64,000 nt of DNA from the human T2T-CHM13v2.0 reference genome, Homo sapiens. Each line of letters starts with the position of its first letter. Within the stretch, counting starts at the first letter, position 1. Positions 48,205-64,000 of this stretch are shown here, in pieces. Where the stretch lies: NCBI RefSeq assembly GCF_009914755.1, contig NC_060935.1, one strand, 5' to 3'. A model generated the notes under the pieces. That model was not told the DNA's origin, did not search any database, and saw nothing but the letters and a program-made list of their open reading frames with translations. A program made the translations under genes and the position numbers.

Positions 48205-49650
48205 GTCAGTATCTTCCTTGCTTTATGTTTTGTCTCCCCTTCCCTCTATCCCAGAGGCCCCCTTCCCCTGCTGTGCATTACCCGAAGCACTTGTCTGTAA
48301 AGTGTCTTAGAGGATGTGGAAGGCTATTGAAGGAGGTGATTGATTGGGAGCCAGGGAGACTTCAAGCTCCCTTTGCTTTGCTCATCCCTTGCTCTCACTC
48401 CCCCAGGAGGGCTGGGAAGGGGAAAGAAAGAAAGAAAAGTATCGTTAAATTCTCAATGCCCAGGGATCAGCACAAAGGCAAAGGGTAGAGAGTGAGTCTG
48501 GGACCCATAGGAAGACTACTTCAACTGACTGAGCAGTTTTCATAAAAAGGGTCTTATTGATGACCCCTCAGCAGCAGAGTCAGACACCAAGCACATGATA
48601 ATTCAGATATTCTGTCAAACGCATCAACTGGCTCATGAGGTTCTCCAAAGGAGGAGGATAGGCATGGCACTGCATGAGTGGTTGCCAATACACAGTGATT
48701 TCTAGGGGTGCCACTGGGGTCCAGGTTAGGGCCTGACGTCCAGTAGCTCTTTGGTCTTGGGTGACTCACTAAGCCTCATTTAGACTCAATTTCCTCTTCT
48801 TTACAATACAGTTGATCTACCTTATCCACCGTACAGAGTTGTTCCAACAGTCAATGGAGAATGCATGTTACAAAGGCTTTGAAAACTGTGAGGTGCATGT
48901 TGAATCTCCAGGCATAAACTGAAAGACAAGGATGCCCCTCAGTGGAACATCATAGGGGGTCCTTCACTCATTTCTCAGCCCCTTCTCCACAGTCCCTTTA
49001 CATCCTCTTCCACTTCCAGTCCTCCCCTGCAAATATCTCCCGCGTCTCTTGCCTGTCTTTGCACATCCCTTCCAATTTTCTCACTAGCCTAGAGTGAGTG
49101 ACTCATTAAGACTATGACTATGACTAAGCATCCAAGCAAGCAGTGGAATAAAATGGGTGCCGCGTGCACTGCTGTCACCCTGAGGACAGTGCTGACCACA
49201 GCAGTAGCCTTTCAGGAAGGCAGCTGTGAAGCCAGGGAGGGGAATGCTTCTCCCACCTTCCATCCCAATCCCCTGACCTCCTCTCCCCACCTCACCCCAC
49301 CCTGTTCATCCCCTCACATTCTGGCCTTGCAAACTGTCATCAGAGGATGGCTGTAGACTTTGGAGGTGGAGGGGGAGATGAAAAGAAATGCATTACATGG
49401 GAAGGTGCATGACAGATGAAAAAAAGTACCTTTTTATCATGGAAAGAGTGAGGGCTGCATTACTCACTTTAGTGATGTACAGCACCACAGCGATGAGCCA
49501 CAAGCAAGAAAATGAAACAAAGAAATAGAAAAAGTGAAGTCAATAGACTTATTCAGATTCAACCTATGATTCAACTTACGTTTATTGAACCTCCATGTGA
49601 CTGTATTCACAGACGTAAAATAGAGAGCAGTAGAAAAGTGGCTAACAGCT

Positions 49651-50677
49651 GAGGAGCCAAGATGGCCGAATAGGAACAGCTCCAGTCTACAGCTCCCAGT
49701 GTGAGCGACGCAAAAGACAGGTGATTTCTGCATTTCCAACTGAGGTACCGGGTTCATCTCACTGGGGAGTGCCAGACAGTAGGTGCAGGACAGTGGGTGC
49801 AGCTCACCGTGTGCGAGCCGAAGCATGGCAAGGCATCGCCTTACCTGGGAAGCACAAGGGGTCAGGGAATTCCCTTTCCTAGTCAAAGAAAGCAGTGACC
49901 GTCGGCACCTGGAAAATCGAGTCACTCCCACCCTAATACTGTGCTTTTCCAACGGGCTTAAAAAACGGCACACCAAGAGATTATATCCCACACCTGGCTT
50001 GGAGGGTCCTACACCCACGGAGTCTCACTCATTGCTGGCACAGCAGTCCGAAATCAAACTGCAAGGCAGCAGCAAGGCTGGGGGAGGGGCGCCTGCCATT
50101 GCCTAGTTAGTTGTTTGATTAGGTAAAGCAGCTGGGAAGCACGAACTGGGTGGAGCCCACCACAGCTCCAGGAGGCCTGCCTGCCTCTGTAGGCTCCACC
50201 TCTGGGGGCAGAGCACAGACACAAAAGACAGCAGTAACCTCTGCAGACTTAAATGTCCCTCTCAGACAGCTTTGAAGAGAGCAGTGGTTCTCCCAGCATG
50301 CAGCTGGAGATCTGAGAACAGGCAGACTGCCTCCTCCAGTGGGTCCCTGACCCCCGAGTAGCCTAACGGGAGGCACCCCCCAGTAGGGGCAGACTGACAC
50401 CTCACACAGCCGGGTACTCCTCTGAGACAAACTTCCAGAGGAACAATCAGGCAGCAGCATCAGTGGTTCACCAATATCCCCTGTTCTGCAGCCTCCGCTG
50501 CTGATACCCAGGCAAACAGGGTCTGGAGTGGACCTCTAGCAAACTCCAACAGACCTGCAGATGAGGGTCCTGTCTGTTACAAGGAAAACTAACAAACAGA
50601 AAGGACATCCACACCAAAAACCAATCAGTACATCACCATCATCAAAGACCAAAGGTAGATAAAACCACAAAGATGGG
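49651..50677 (+). promoter_or_regulatory. First (older-type) L1 5'UTR internal promoter, retaining the ~129-bp segment
   Basis: YY1 motif CAAGATGGCCG at 49658-49668. Extra 127 bp at 50421-50547 relative to the second UTR. Ends at ORF1 start context ACCACAAAGATGGG (ATG at 50673). Confidence 0.93.
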
Positions 50678-50687
50678 ATAAAAGCCG

Positions 50688-51582
50688 CAAGATGGCTGAA
50701 TAGGAACAGCTCTGGTCTACAGCTCCCAGCCTGAGCGACGCAGAAGATGGGTGATTTCTGCATTTCCATCTGAGGTACTGGGTTCATCTCATTAAGGAGT
50801 GCCAGACAGTGGGTGCAGGTCAGTGGGTGCACGCACCATGCGCGAGCCAAAGCAGGGCGAGGCATTGCCTCACTCGGGAAGTGCAAGGGATCAGGGAGTT
50901 CCCTTTCCTAATCAAAGAAAAGGGTGACGGATGGCACCTGGAAAATCGGGTCACTCCCACCCGAATACTGCGCTTTTCCGACGGGCTTAAAAAACGGCGC
51001 ACCATGAGATTATATCCCCCAGCTGGCTCGGAGGGTCCTACCCCACGGAGTCTCGCTGATTGCTAGCACAGCAGTCTGACATCAAACTGCAAGGTGGCAG
51101 TGAGGCTGGGGGAGGGGTGCCCGCCATTGCCCAGGCTTGCTTAGGTAAACAAAGCAGCCAGAAAGCTCGAACTGGGTGGAGCCCACCACAGCTCAAGGAG
51201 GCCTGCCTGCCTCTGTAGGCTCCACCTCTGGGGGCAGGGCACAGACAAACAAAAAGACAGCAGTAACCTCTGCAGACTTAAATGTCCCTGTCTGACAGCT
51301 TTGAAGAGAGCAGTGGTTCTCCCAGTACGCAGCTGGTGATCTGAGAACGGGCAGACTGCCTCCTCAAGTGGGTCCCTGACCCCTGACCCCCGAGCAGCCT
51401 AACTGGGAGGCACCCCCCAGCAGGGCCACACTGACACCTCACACTGCAGGGTACTCCAACAGACCTGCAGCTGAGGGTCCTGTCTGTTAGAAGGAAAACT
51501 AACAAACAGAAAGGACATCCACACCAAAAACCCATCTGTACATCACCATCATCAAAGACCAAAAGTAGATAAAACCACAAAG
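50688..51582 (+). promoter_or_regulatory. Second (younger-type) L1 5'UTR carrying the ~129-bp deletion
   Basis: Restarts with CAAGATGGCTGAATAGGAACAGC. Deletion junction GGGTACTCC|AACAGACC at 51457/51458. Has the duplicated CCCTGACCCCTGACCCCC motif; the first UTR has a single copy. Confidence 0.93.
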
Positions 51583-52601
51583 ATGGGGAAAAAACAGAAC
51601 AGAAAAACTGGAAACTCTAAAAAGCTGAGCGCCTCTCCTCCTCCAAAGGAATGCAGCTCCTCACCAGCAACTGAACAAAGCTGGACAGAGAATGACTTTG
51701 ACGAGCTGAGAGAAGACAGCTTCAGACAATCAAATTGCTCTGAGCTACGGGAGGACATTTCAAACCAAAGGCAAAGAAGTTGAAAACTTTGAAAAAAATT
51801 TAGAAGCATGTATAACTAGAATAACCAATACAGAGAAGTGCTTAAAGGAGCTGATGGAGGTGAAAACCAAGGCTCGAGAACTACGTGAAGAATGCAGAAG
51901 CCTCAGGAGCCGATGTGATCAACTGGAAGAAAGGGTATCAGCAATGGAAGATGAAATGAATGAAATGAAGCGAGAAGGAAAGTTTAGAGAAAAAAAGAAT
52001 AAAAAGAAACCAGCAAAGCCTCCAAGAAATATGGGACTATGTGAAAAGACCAAATCTACCTCTGATTGGTGTACCTGAAAGTGATGGGAAGAATGGAACC
52101 AAGTTGGAAAACATTCTGCAGAATATTATCCAGGAGAATTTCCCCAATCTAGCAAGGCAGGCCAACATTCAGATTCAGGAAATACAGAGAATGCCACAAA
52201 GATACTCCTCGAGAAGAGCAACTCCAAGACACATAATTGTCAGATTCACCAAAGTTGAAATGAAGGAAAAAATGTTAAGGGCAGCCAGAGAGAAAGGTCG
52301 GGTTACCCTCAAAGGGAAGCCCATCAGACTAACAGCGGATCTCTCGGCAGAAACCCTACAAGCCAGAAGAGAGTGGGGGCCAATATTCAACATTCTTAAA
52401 GAAAAGAATTTTCAACCCAGAATTTCATATCCAGCCAAACTAAGCTTCATAAGTGAAGGAGAAATAAAATACTTTACAGACAAGCAAATGCTGAGAGATT
52501 TTGTCACCACCAGGCCTGCCCTAAAAGAGCTCCTGAAGGAAGTGCTAAACATGGAAAGGAACAACTGGTACCATCCACTGCAAAAACAGGCCAAAATGTA
52601 A
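51583..52601 (+). pseudogene. L1 ORF1p, disrupted
   Basis: MGKKQNRKTGNSK... through ...HPLQKQAKM*, split over three ORF-track frames by frameshifts near 51760 and 51990. Confidence 0.95.
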
Positions 52602-52649
52602 AGACCATCGAGACTAGGAAGAAACTGCATCAACTAACGAGCAAAATAA

Positions 52650-56481
<3,832 letters not shown>

Positions 56482-58294
56482 ACAATGAGAACACATGGAC
56501 ACAGGAAGGGGAACATCACACACTGGGGACTGTTGTGGGGTGGGGGGACGGGGGAGGGATAGCATTAGGATATATACCTAATGCTAAATGACGAGTTAAT
56601 GGGTGCAGCACACCAACATGTCACATGTATACATATGTAACAAACCTGCACATTGTGCACATGTACCCTAAAACTTAAAGTAAAATAATAATAAAATAAA
56701 AAATAAAAAAAGTGGCTAACATACAGTATCAGGGAAGTGAGAGAGCCTAGAGCATGGACATGCATTGCTATGGCTATGCTTTCAGAAGGACCGAGCTAGT
56801 TCTGACCACTGAGATCTTCATTCTCAGAGGAAATTGGAGCTTTTGAAACTCAGGTAGGGGTTTTTAACAAGAGAGTATTTAACAGAAGGTGTACTCAACT
56901 CACAGAGAGAACACCATCCCATAGCAAAGTCAATTGCAGGAAAACCAACCAGAAACACAAATTGAAAGCAAACAGGTTACTTTACCTGGTCACTGAGCAG
57001 GGGCAAGGAGCCCCCATCTGCTGAGACAAAGCTGGGCTGCTCACTTCTCTCCTGTGAACTGATGACTCTGGTTGGAAGGCTTTCTGTGCCAACTTGCTAC
57101 TCTGATTCTTCGGATGTGCTCAGCCCCTCATCTCAGCAACCTTCTTGGGTGTAGGAGAATGGGTCAGCGAAGAAGACTGTGGATATCTAAAACGTTATGA
57201 CAGTTGGATTAGTACAGTCTTCAGTAGAGCTGCTAGACTCTTGTACAATGAGAAATTATTTAGAGAAAACAGCCCTTGCACCTGGGCTCATTTACTGCAC
57301 TGATGTGTTCATTCCCCCGCCTCCTTTGCTAGTCTTCGATACAATAGAGAGCTATGTATTTTCTCAGGAAATACGCTCCAAGTTATACTTACCTTACCTC
57401 AGAAATACCAGGAAAGATTTATATGAATGCATGGATTTCCACTGACAGAGTACACTTGGCTTTAAGAGAAGTTCAAAGCTATTTTGCTAACCAATATCTG
57501 GATGGACTAGAAGTATTTTGATAAGAGAATTTCATTCTTCCTCAGCATTTTCTGCCACCATTGAAGTATTTTACTGCTTCCCTTCTGCAAACAAAACAGA
57601 TTGCATGTCACCTCTCCTATTAATATTTGGTGGTGCAGGACTCTCACGGTGATAAATAAGGACTCAAGGATGTTCCACCATCCCTCACTGGGCTTCTGCA
57701 CAGTAAACTGTACTCAGGCCACTGTGCAAACTCAGCGGCTCCGTGGCTGTTCATTTTCCACCCACTGGTCCTTTGTCTTTTATCTCCTGGGCATTAAGTC
57801 AGATTTGATGGTATCAGTGGGCTGGTAAAGGTTGACTGATTAATGTCTGTAAACCTCAAAGTGACCATCAAAGCAATTTATTAAAGAATGGGGACTAAAG
57901 TAAACTCTGTATATCAGAAGGAAACAATTGCAGCAGAAGAGATTATTAGTTCTTCCCTGCAGAGGATTAAAGACAGTTAATTAGGCCAAGTCATCCAGTG
58001 GTTAAGCATTTCTATGGTATATGTGTGTCTAGATAACAGAAAGCACAAAAGAAAGAAAATTCCCTCACCCTCTTGCTAGAAGGTTTGTATATCCGTCTTC
58101 ACATGAAACCAGCCCTCCTCTGCCCACTAGAGCCAGACAACAGCCCTTTGCTTATCTGGACACTCGGATTCAGCCAAACTGGCTTTGCTGGCAAAAATAT
58201 AACTTTCTGGATTGAGCAGACATTGAATATTGACTTAGAGATGGGATGGGAGGGTTCTTTTTACTGTTGTTTTCTTCTTGTTGTATTTTCTGTC

Positions 58295-58388
58295 CCCCTC
58301 TCCCCTTTCCTCTCTCCCTTTCTTCCTTCCTGTCTCCCTCCCTCCCTCCCTTCCTTCCTTCCTTCCATCCTTTTTCTTCCTTTCTTTT
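58295..58388. repeat. (CCTT/CCCT)n pyrimidine low-complexity tract
   Basis: Seen directly. Confidence 0.85.
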
Positions 58389-60671
58389 CAACATATTTTC
58401 CCACCCTCCCTGACCTGTTGTTAATATACCATTAACAAAGAGATCAATTAAATTTCAGTTGAAGTCTTGGTGTGGAAAACGCATGCTTGACAAGCTTGAA
58501 TTTTCAGGGATTGTTTATGTTCCTGATAGTCAAAATGTTACTCAAAGACTGGAGTTTGTGGCCAGGACTAGCTTTGGTGGCTCAAGCAAGGCTCCTGCTT
58601 CTGGAAGCAGGACACAACACACACTGGACAGAAGCATGTCAAGCATGGCACAGAGGACAGTGCCAGCATGTGCACCTTCTCCTTAGTACCAAAGCAAGGG
58701 GGGTGGACTGGAATGAGCATGATGGGTTTAGAGTATATACGAAAATATCCTGGCATTTCCACCTCATTGTGGCGGGCTAGAAGTGGGATCAAAAGGACCC
58801 TCTAGTTGACTGGAAAGGTTGAACAACTGCTACCTGGAAAAGCCCAAGGATGAGTTCTAGCTAAAGTCAAGGATGAGCATCACATTTTCTTTACCTATGT
58901 GGACACTAAAAAGAGTTGGCCATCTTTCAAGTAGTGTGTGTTGGAGATTTAGAGGAAGAGAAAAAAACCCCATCTGGATGGAATAATTAAGCTGAGGTTT
59001 TTTTGGGGGGGTCTTTGTTTATAGAAAACCTCTTTTATTTTCAGCAGGAATTTGTGCTTTCAATGCATTCTTCTTTCTGATAGTCTCAACTGCCAGGTGA
59101 AGGCTCTTCCTGTGTCCTTCCTCCAGCACAGTCTGAACCAGTACGCCCATCACTGTCTGGATGAGCCCCCCAAAACTGCTTGTGGTTTGGGGGTAAAAGT
59201 TTTATGATTACTTTATCTCCCCAAGTCTGTCTTTAGTCTGTCCTTCCTCCTTCCAGTTATCTTTTTTTCTTGGCACAGAGAGGATCAAAAATCACCGGTA
59301 CCTAAATAAGACAATTAATGAAAATAGCCCCTCCCCCTCCTTAGCTTCTGAACTTGTTTCTGGGGCCCAGCAAGCCCTTCAAGGGACCATCCTTGTTAAA
59401 TGCACAGGCACCATGGCATCATCACCCCTGGCTTTTCCCTACCGTCCTGCAGTACATCAGATATTTTCTCAATCACAAAACTTTTGATCGTCGATAAACC
59501 CTTTCCCTCTTTGTACCTTCAGGGTGGCTTCTCAGGGCCGCTAATGCCCACTTAAATCAAGAGGGATATCGTGTGTCAGGTGATTTTAAAGAGTAGATTG
59601 AAGGTGTGAATGCACAAGTACGTATTCATCTGACTTTGAGCAAATGTTTTAGTTGCTTTTAGGATGAGTTATATCTAGGTTGTCTTTCTGTATGCGAGGA
59701 CCTTTGCACAGAGAACACAGACTCCCAAGGCATCACTTTGATGCAAAAAGCTTTAGTGCCATTTTCCGTCCTCTCTGTATCCAGGGTGAACGACAAAGAG
59801 GGAAGTAAAAGATTAGAGATCATTCCAAATTCAGGCCAAACAAGGCATCTGCTATCCACAGAAAAGGTGGAGAGACTCCATAGGTTGTTCTGAGAGTTGA
59901 AGCTGGTGAAATGGAGACCTTTCACAGCCTAGGCAGCAGAGAGGGGCCAGCCTCCCAGCATTTCTACAGGGAGGTCCCAGCAAGTGCAACTGTAGCAGCA
60001 CGGGTGTGGGTCAGAGCCGCAGGCTGCCCCAGAGAGATGAAGCCCTGTGGGACCAGCTTGGTATTGTCCAGCTCATCAAGAAAAGTCAAATGTCAATGGT
60101 TTGGTCTCCTCTGGTACATGGAAGCTGACTCACCAGTGTTTCTAAATGCATAGCTAAATGCCAGTTAAACTTTTGCATTTCAAATACAGCATGAGCACCT
60201 ACATTCAAATGCTGTAGTATAAATCCATATGTAGCAATCAACTTTATACGTAAGACCTACAGGCTTCAACTAATTAGAGGATAGCCTGATGACCAAAGAA
60301 AGTAAGTTGTTCTACAAAGCCTATTTGGTTTGGTGTCTCAGGCTCCAAAGGTGCAGCTGTGTCACCTGCTAAAATCAGGCGGACATCTTGGCTCTGCTTC
60401 CATCTGTGGTCCAATCTGACTGTCGTTCACATCCTTCTCCAGCCATCTGCTCACCTCTTGAGGCAACTGGCTGCCCAAGTAAACCAGAAAACCAGAGGGG
60501 GGTCACATAGGAGGGCTGGGCAGTGGTCAGGACAGCAAGGGACATGGGCAAGAGGCGCAGGGACGCTGCTGCGCCAGGAGCGCCAGCTTCTTCCTGAAAT
60601 CATCTGAGGGCAAAGTGAGCATCTCCGTCTGCTTTCGACCTTAACAGTGGCTTGTTTTTAATTTCTTTTAG

Positions 60672-60704
60672 AAGTGAAAACTACAGCCCTGACCCCTTGG
60701 AAAG
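60672..60704 (+). CDS. NTM: Alternative 33-nt stalk microexon (E)VKTTALTPWK, phase 1/1
   Basis: Branch-like CCTTAAC at 60639-60645, U-rich tract, tag| acceptor and AAAG|gtttgt donor. Frame-preserving; I recognise the peptide from an NTM isoform. Confidence 0.92.
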
Positions 60705-61689
60705 GTTTGTATATTTTTCAGACAGCTGCTGCCTTGGTGGGTGTGGGGTATGTAAAACTCTTCACCTTCCTCCCAGATGCCTTCTTTCCTGAGCTAACTC
60801 CAGGAAGCAGCGCAGAGGGAACCCTCCCCCAACCTTCAACCATCTCCGTGTCAATTTAGATTAACCCCATCCTCAAGGACATCCAATCCTTCCTAGGTAG
60901 ATCCCACTTGCAGTAGCCTAACTTCTCTTTGCTGGTGGCACTAATGAGCACCTGTCAGTGCCCAGAATAGCTCCATCTCTGGGCTACTCTGCACCAGGCC
61001 TGCCTCTTTCCTCACACACGGATGCTCTAATGCAGCGATCTTCTCAGACCTTGGCCCTGCATGCTGCCCTTGCTTGCACCATTCTTTCTATCTCTCTAAC
61101 TTGGAGCTGGAAGGGAAGTGGCAAGGGGAGGGGAAGATGGGAGGAAGGGGGAGGTTCTTGGGTGAGTCACTTGGCTACGAATAAAATGCATCTTATTTGA
61201 AGCTTTCATTCCTGCCAGATGTTTCCGATGGATAATTGACACTCATCACCGTTCTCTGGGACCCTAACTGTCCTGGTAATTAGTCTCTTTAGGCCTCCGC
61301 AGCTCTCTAATGAGATAGAGGCAATAAAGGCATTCACTGTGGAGTGGAGGCGTGGCTGAATGAAGAATGGAGGCCTCATCTGCGTGGCCCATGTCACTAG
61401 GCAGATGGGCTGAGCTGTAGCTCTGACCAGCACTGGCTTTGAGAGGGCCTTGATCCCAGGGTGCTGTGGTCCACGCCCACCTGGACCTAAGGTCTTCATC
61501 TCATCTCATGGAATCCTTCCACATAGCATTCATTCATTCAGTGTGGGATGGCCTGCGGGAAGCAGCCCAGTGGCACGCCTGCGGTTCTCACCTTTTAACC
61601 TGTACCCAGGTGGAGCAGGCCATGCAGCCACACTCTCTTCTCTTTATTCTCTGAAGATGCATCTCTGAGATAGTGGGAAGATAGTTGCA

Positions 61690-61830
61690 TTTGAAGACAG
61701 AAGTCAAGAGACTTGGGAAAGTCACTTAAGCTTCCTGAAGTTCAGTTTCCACATGGTAGAAAGGGAGATAATAATTCTCATCTCCTACATGAGTGTCATT
61801 AAGGTGTTGTGATAGCTTTCCCAGTGCAAG
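61690..61830 (+). mobile_element. MIR remnant
   Basis: gacttgggaaagtcacttaagcttcctgaagttcagtttccacat...gggagataataat core. Confidence 0.7.
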
Positions 61831-62089
61831 CGCTCTATCTGAAATCCTAACTGACATGGCTTTGCTTCTATGTAGATAGACACTCAGCCACAGGAATTCT
61901 CAGTAAGTTGTATTGGATATAGTTAGAAAAGGGGAGGAAAGGTATTTGGAAGAGGAAATTGAGGTAAGGCAGAGGGCAAGGTATGAAAAAAGTTTTTGTT
62001 TTATTTTTTCTTCAAGTACAATTTTAAGCAAAAGTAAAACACAAAGACAAATAAATGTGGATATGTCAGCATGAGTGGCAATGCCCCCT

Positions 62090-62350
62090 CCTTCTTTCAA
62101 CAAACATTGGTTGAATACCTGCCACGGGCCAATGAGATACAGACTCTGCTCTTAAGGAACTTACTGCACAGAGGACAGAGGAGGAAATACAAATAAGTTA
62201 GGCAAAGAGAATTATGACACAGGGTGGTAAGTATTTTACTAGTGGGATGTGTATGGCACTGAGCAAGGCAGGGAAGGCTGCCTGCAAGAGGTGCTGAAGG
62301 CTGGAAGAGGAGCTGGAATGAAGAATAAGAGTGATATGGGTGAGACATAT
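62090..62350 (-). mobile_element. L2 3' remnant
   Basis: ttcaacaaacattggttgaatacctgcc...ctctgctcttaaggaactta. Confidence 0.6.
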
Positions 62351-64000
62351 TTCGGACGGAGGGGAGAGTGTGTGAGGGTGGGGAAAAAAGACCCGCCCCT
62401 GTGTGCTCACATGTGGTTATGTGGCAAGGGGCAAGGGCACCAAACTAGGTGTGGCAAGAAGAGACACCAAGGCTGCAGACTGCAGGCACATCACGAAATG
62501 TAGTGCTCGGTCCACTGAGAAGCTGGACTTGGTGCTAGCCTGTTGGCCTCAAATCAATGAGGATCATGATCGATTTGGGGTAGAAACATCACCTTGGAAT
62601 TCGCATAAAGAATAAATTCCAGGGGTCAAGGCCACAGGTGGCAAGGTCCAATTGGTGAACATTTTTGGGAATTGAAAGATGAGATGGTGCAGAGTATCTC
62701 CTTTGGGAGGATGTCTCATTTGAGAGAATGCCCCTGCCTCGGGGCTACCCCTGTTTCCTTCTCCTTCTGTCCAACTTGGTCCAGGTCTGGTGTCCTGGAT
62801 GTGCTGCTGAAGAGACAGGTTCCGGGGGTGGTGAGCGCATGTACCTGTGGGGTGGGCTGCGCAGACTGGATATGGTCACATAGTGCCAGCCACTCACCAG
62901 CCTGAGATGGAGATGATGATGATGGAGAGCTTCAGAGGGGCTGCTCAGGCTTTTCCCAGATATACTACAAGCAAGAGAATGGCTGGCAGGCACTTGGTGG
63001 CCTTTTTCTGTCTTCCATAGGAAGAATTTTCTAACACAACAAACAGGTGAGGACACGACTCGTCTTTACAAGCTCTCTGTGGTGCTTCCCAGCATGGAGC
63101 AGATCCACAAAAGAACTCTGAGGGGCGTAGCAAGGAGACCAAACACAGGCACCCAGGGAGAGCGCCTGGCATAGCCACAGGGCCATTGAGATCTGCCACA
63201 GGGGGTGTTTGCCCGCTCTCAGTCGTCTCCCGAGCTGCAGAGTCCCCAGCCTGGAAACAAGGTTTCAGCATTCCCTTACATGGTAACTACGCCAGGCCCC
63301 TGCTGGGCTGAACACCTGGCTGTGGCATTCTCCTCCCTGGAGGCTTCCACTGGCAGGTCAGGCTGCAAGGAGGGAGTTCAGAAGAGAGGAGAGAACACCT
63401 CAGTGCAGGGAAGCGGCACTTGTTTTCCATCTCTTACCCAGGGCATCTTCTTAGTCACAGGGAGGGAGCGGGAGACGGGAGGTGGGAGTGTGCGGGAATT
63501 GAACAGGAAATGGGTTTCAAAGATGTGTGTGGATGTTCAGGAGAGCACAAGGGATGAAAGAGGCAGAGCAGTGTGCTGACAGCTGTGTCCCCTGCCGGGA
63601 GTTAAGGACTCCAGTGTGCAGGACACGTATGGAATTGTACGGTGTGATTCACGCATATGAAGCTATCTTCATATGAATGTGAACACTCACAGTGTTGAGG
63701 CAAAACATTCGACCTGGCTTCCATAAAGGCCTGCTGGGCCATATGGACTCAGAACCACCCTTGTCGTCTCAGAGTCCTCAGCCTCGGGCACAGACAAGGG
63801 CCTTGGTTGGAAGAATCTTGGAGTTGCCTAGAGGGGAAGGACTTACGCAGAGCAGAGAAACATAGTCTCTCACCCTTGAAGGCATCCGGCGGAGGCTTCT
63901 CTCCTTTGATTCCAAAGAATGTGCTCTGTAGATGACAGAGTGAGCATCTACAAAGGGGGAACGTCTGGTGATGGTTTCTGTGGACACATAGTAGTTAGAT

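Noticed and set aside
49464-51127. Antisense L1 ORF0 in either 5'UTR (including ORF-track 49464..50018 and 50820..51005)
   Set aside because: Both copies are broken. From ATG 50099 the frame stops after 24 codons (TGA). From ATG 51127 it stops after 29 codons (TAG, apparent 1-bp deletion). The tracked ORFs are only remnants.
60639-60645. CCTTAAC as a U12-type branch site
   Set aside because: The upstream donors (gtgaga, gtcagt) are U2-type, not GTATCCTT/ATATCCTT. The motif also fits a U2 branch point.
60705-64000. NTM terminal GPI-signal exon (GPGAVSEVSNG...)
   Set aside because: Not found in the window; it must lie further downstream.

Overview
Primate, almost certainly human, genomic DNA (Alu, L1PA, THE1 and MaLR repeats; CpG-depleted) lying inside the + strand gene NTM (neurotrimin, IgLON family). 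Three constitutive coding exons encode the end of Ig2 and all of Ig3 (38204-38338, 40627-40747, 45066-45217). Two frame-preserving stalk microexons follow (48169-48204, ELNEPTSSTLLQ; 60672-60704, EVKTTALTPWK). An intron read-through stop (…FGETVL*) would give a GPI-less form. The upstream exons and the GPI-signal exon lie outside the window. The first 38 kb is repeat-rich intron. The most unusual structure is a ~7.06-kb sense-oriented L1PA element inside one 14-bp TSD, between the two microexons. It has two tandem 5'UTRs: the upstream one retains the ~129-bp ZNF93-bound segment and the downstream one carries the escape deletion. Its body looks younger than its 3' terminus. Other leads are two candidate poison exons (43180-43297; 17739-17788 next to a dense UGCAUG cluster), an Alu tail abutting a branch-point region, a NAGNAG acceptor and a 37-bp minisatellite inside an LTR. 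Most short ORFs in the track are repeat-derived or chance. Repeat subfamily names come from recalled consensus features, not from a database run.
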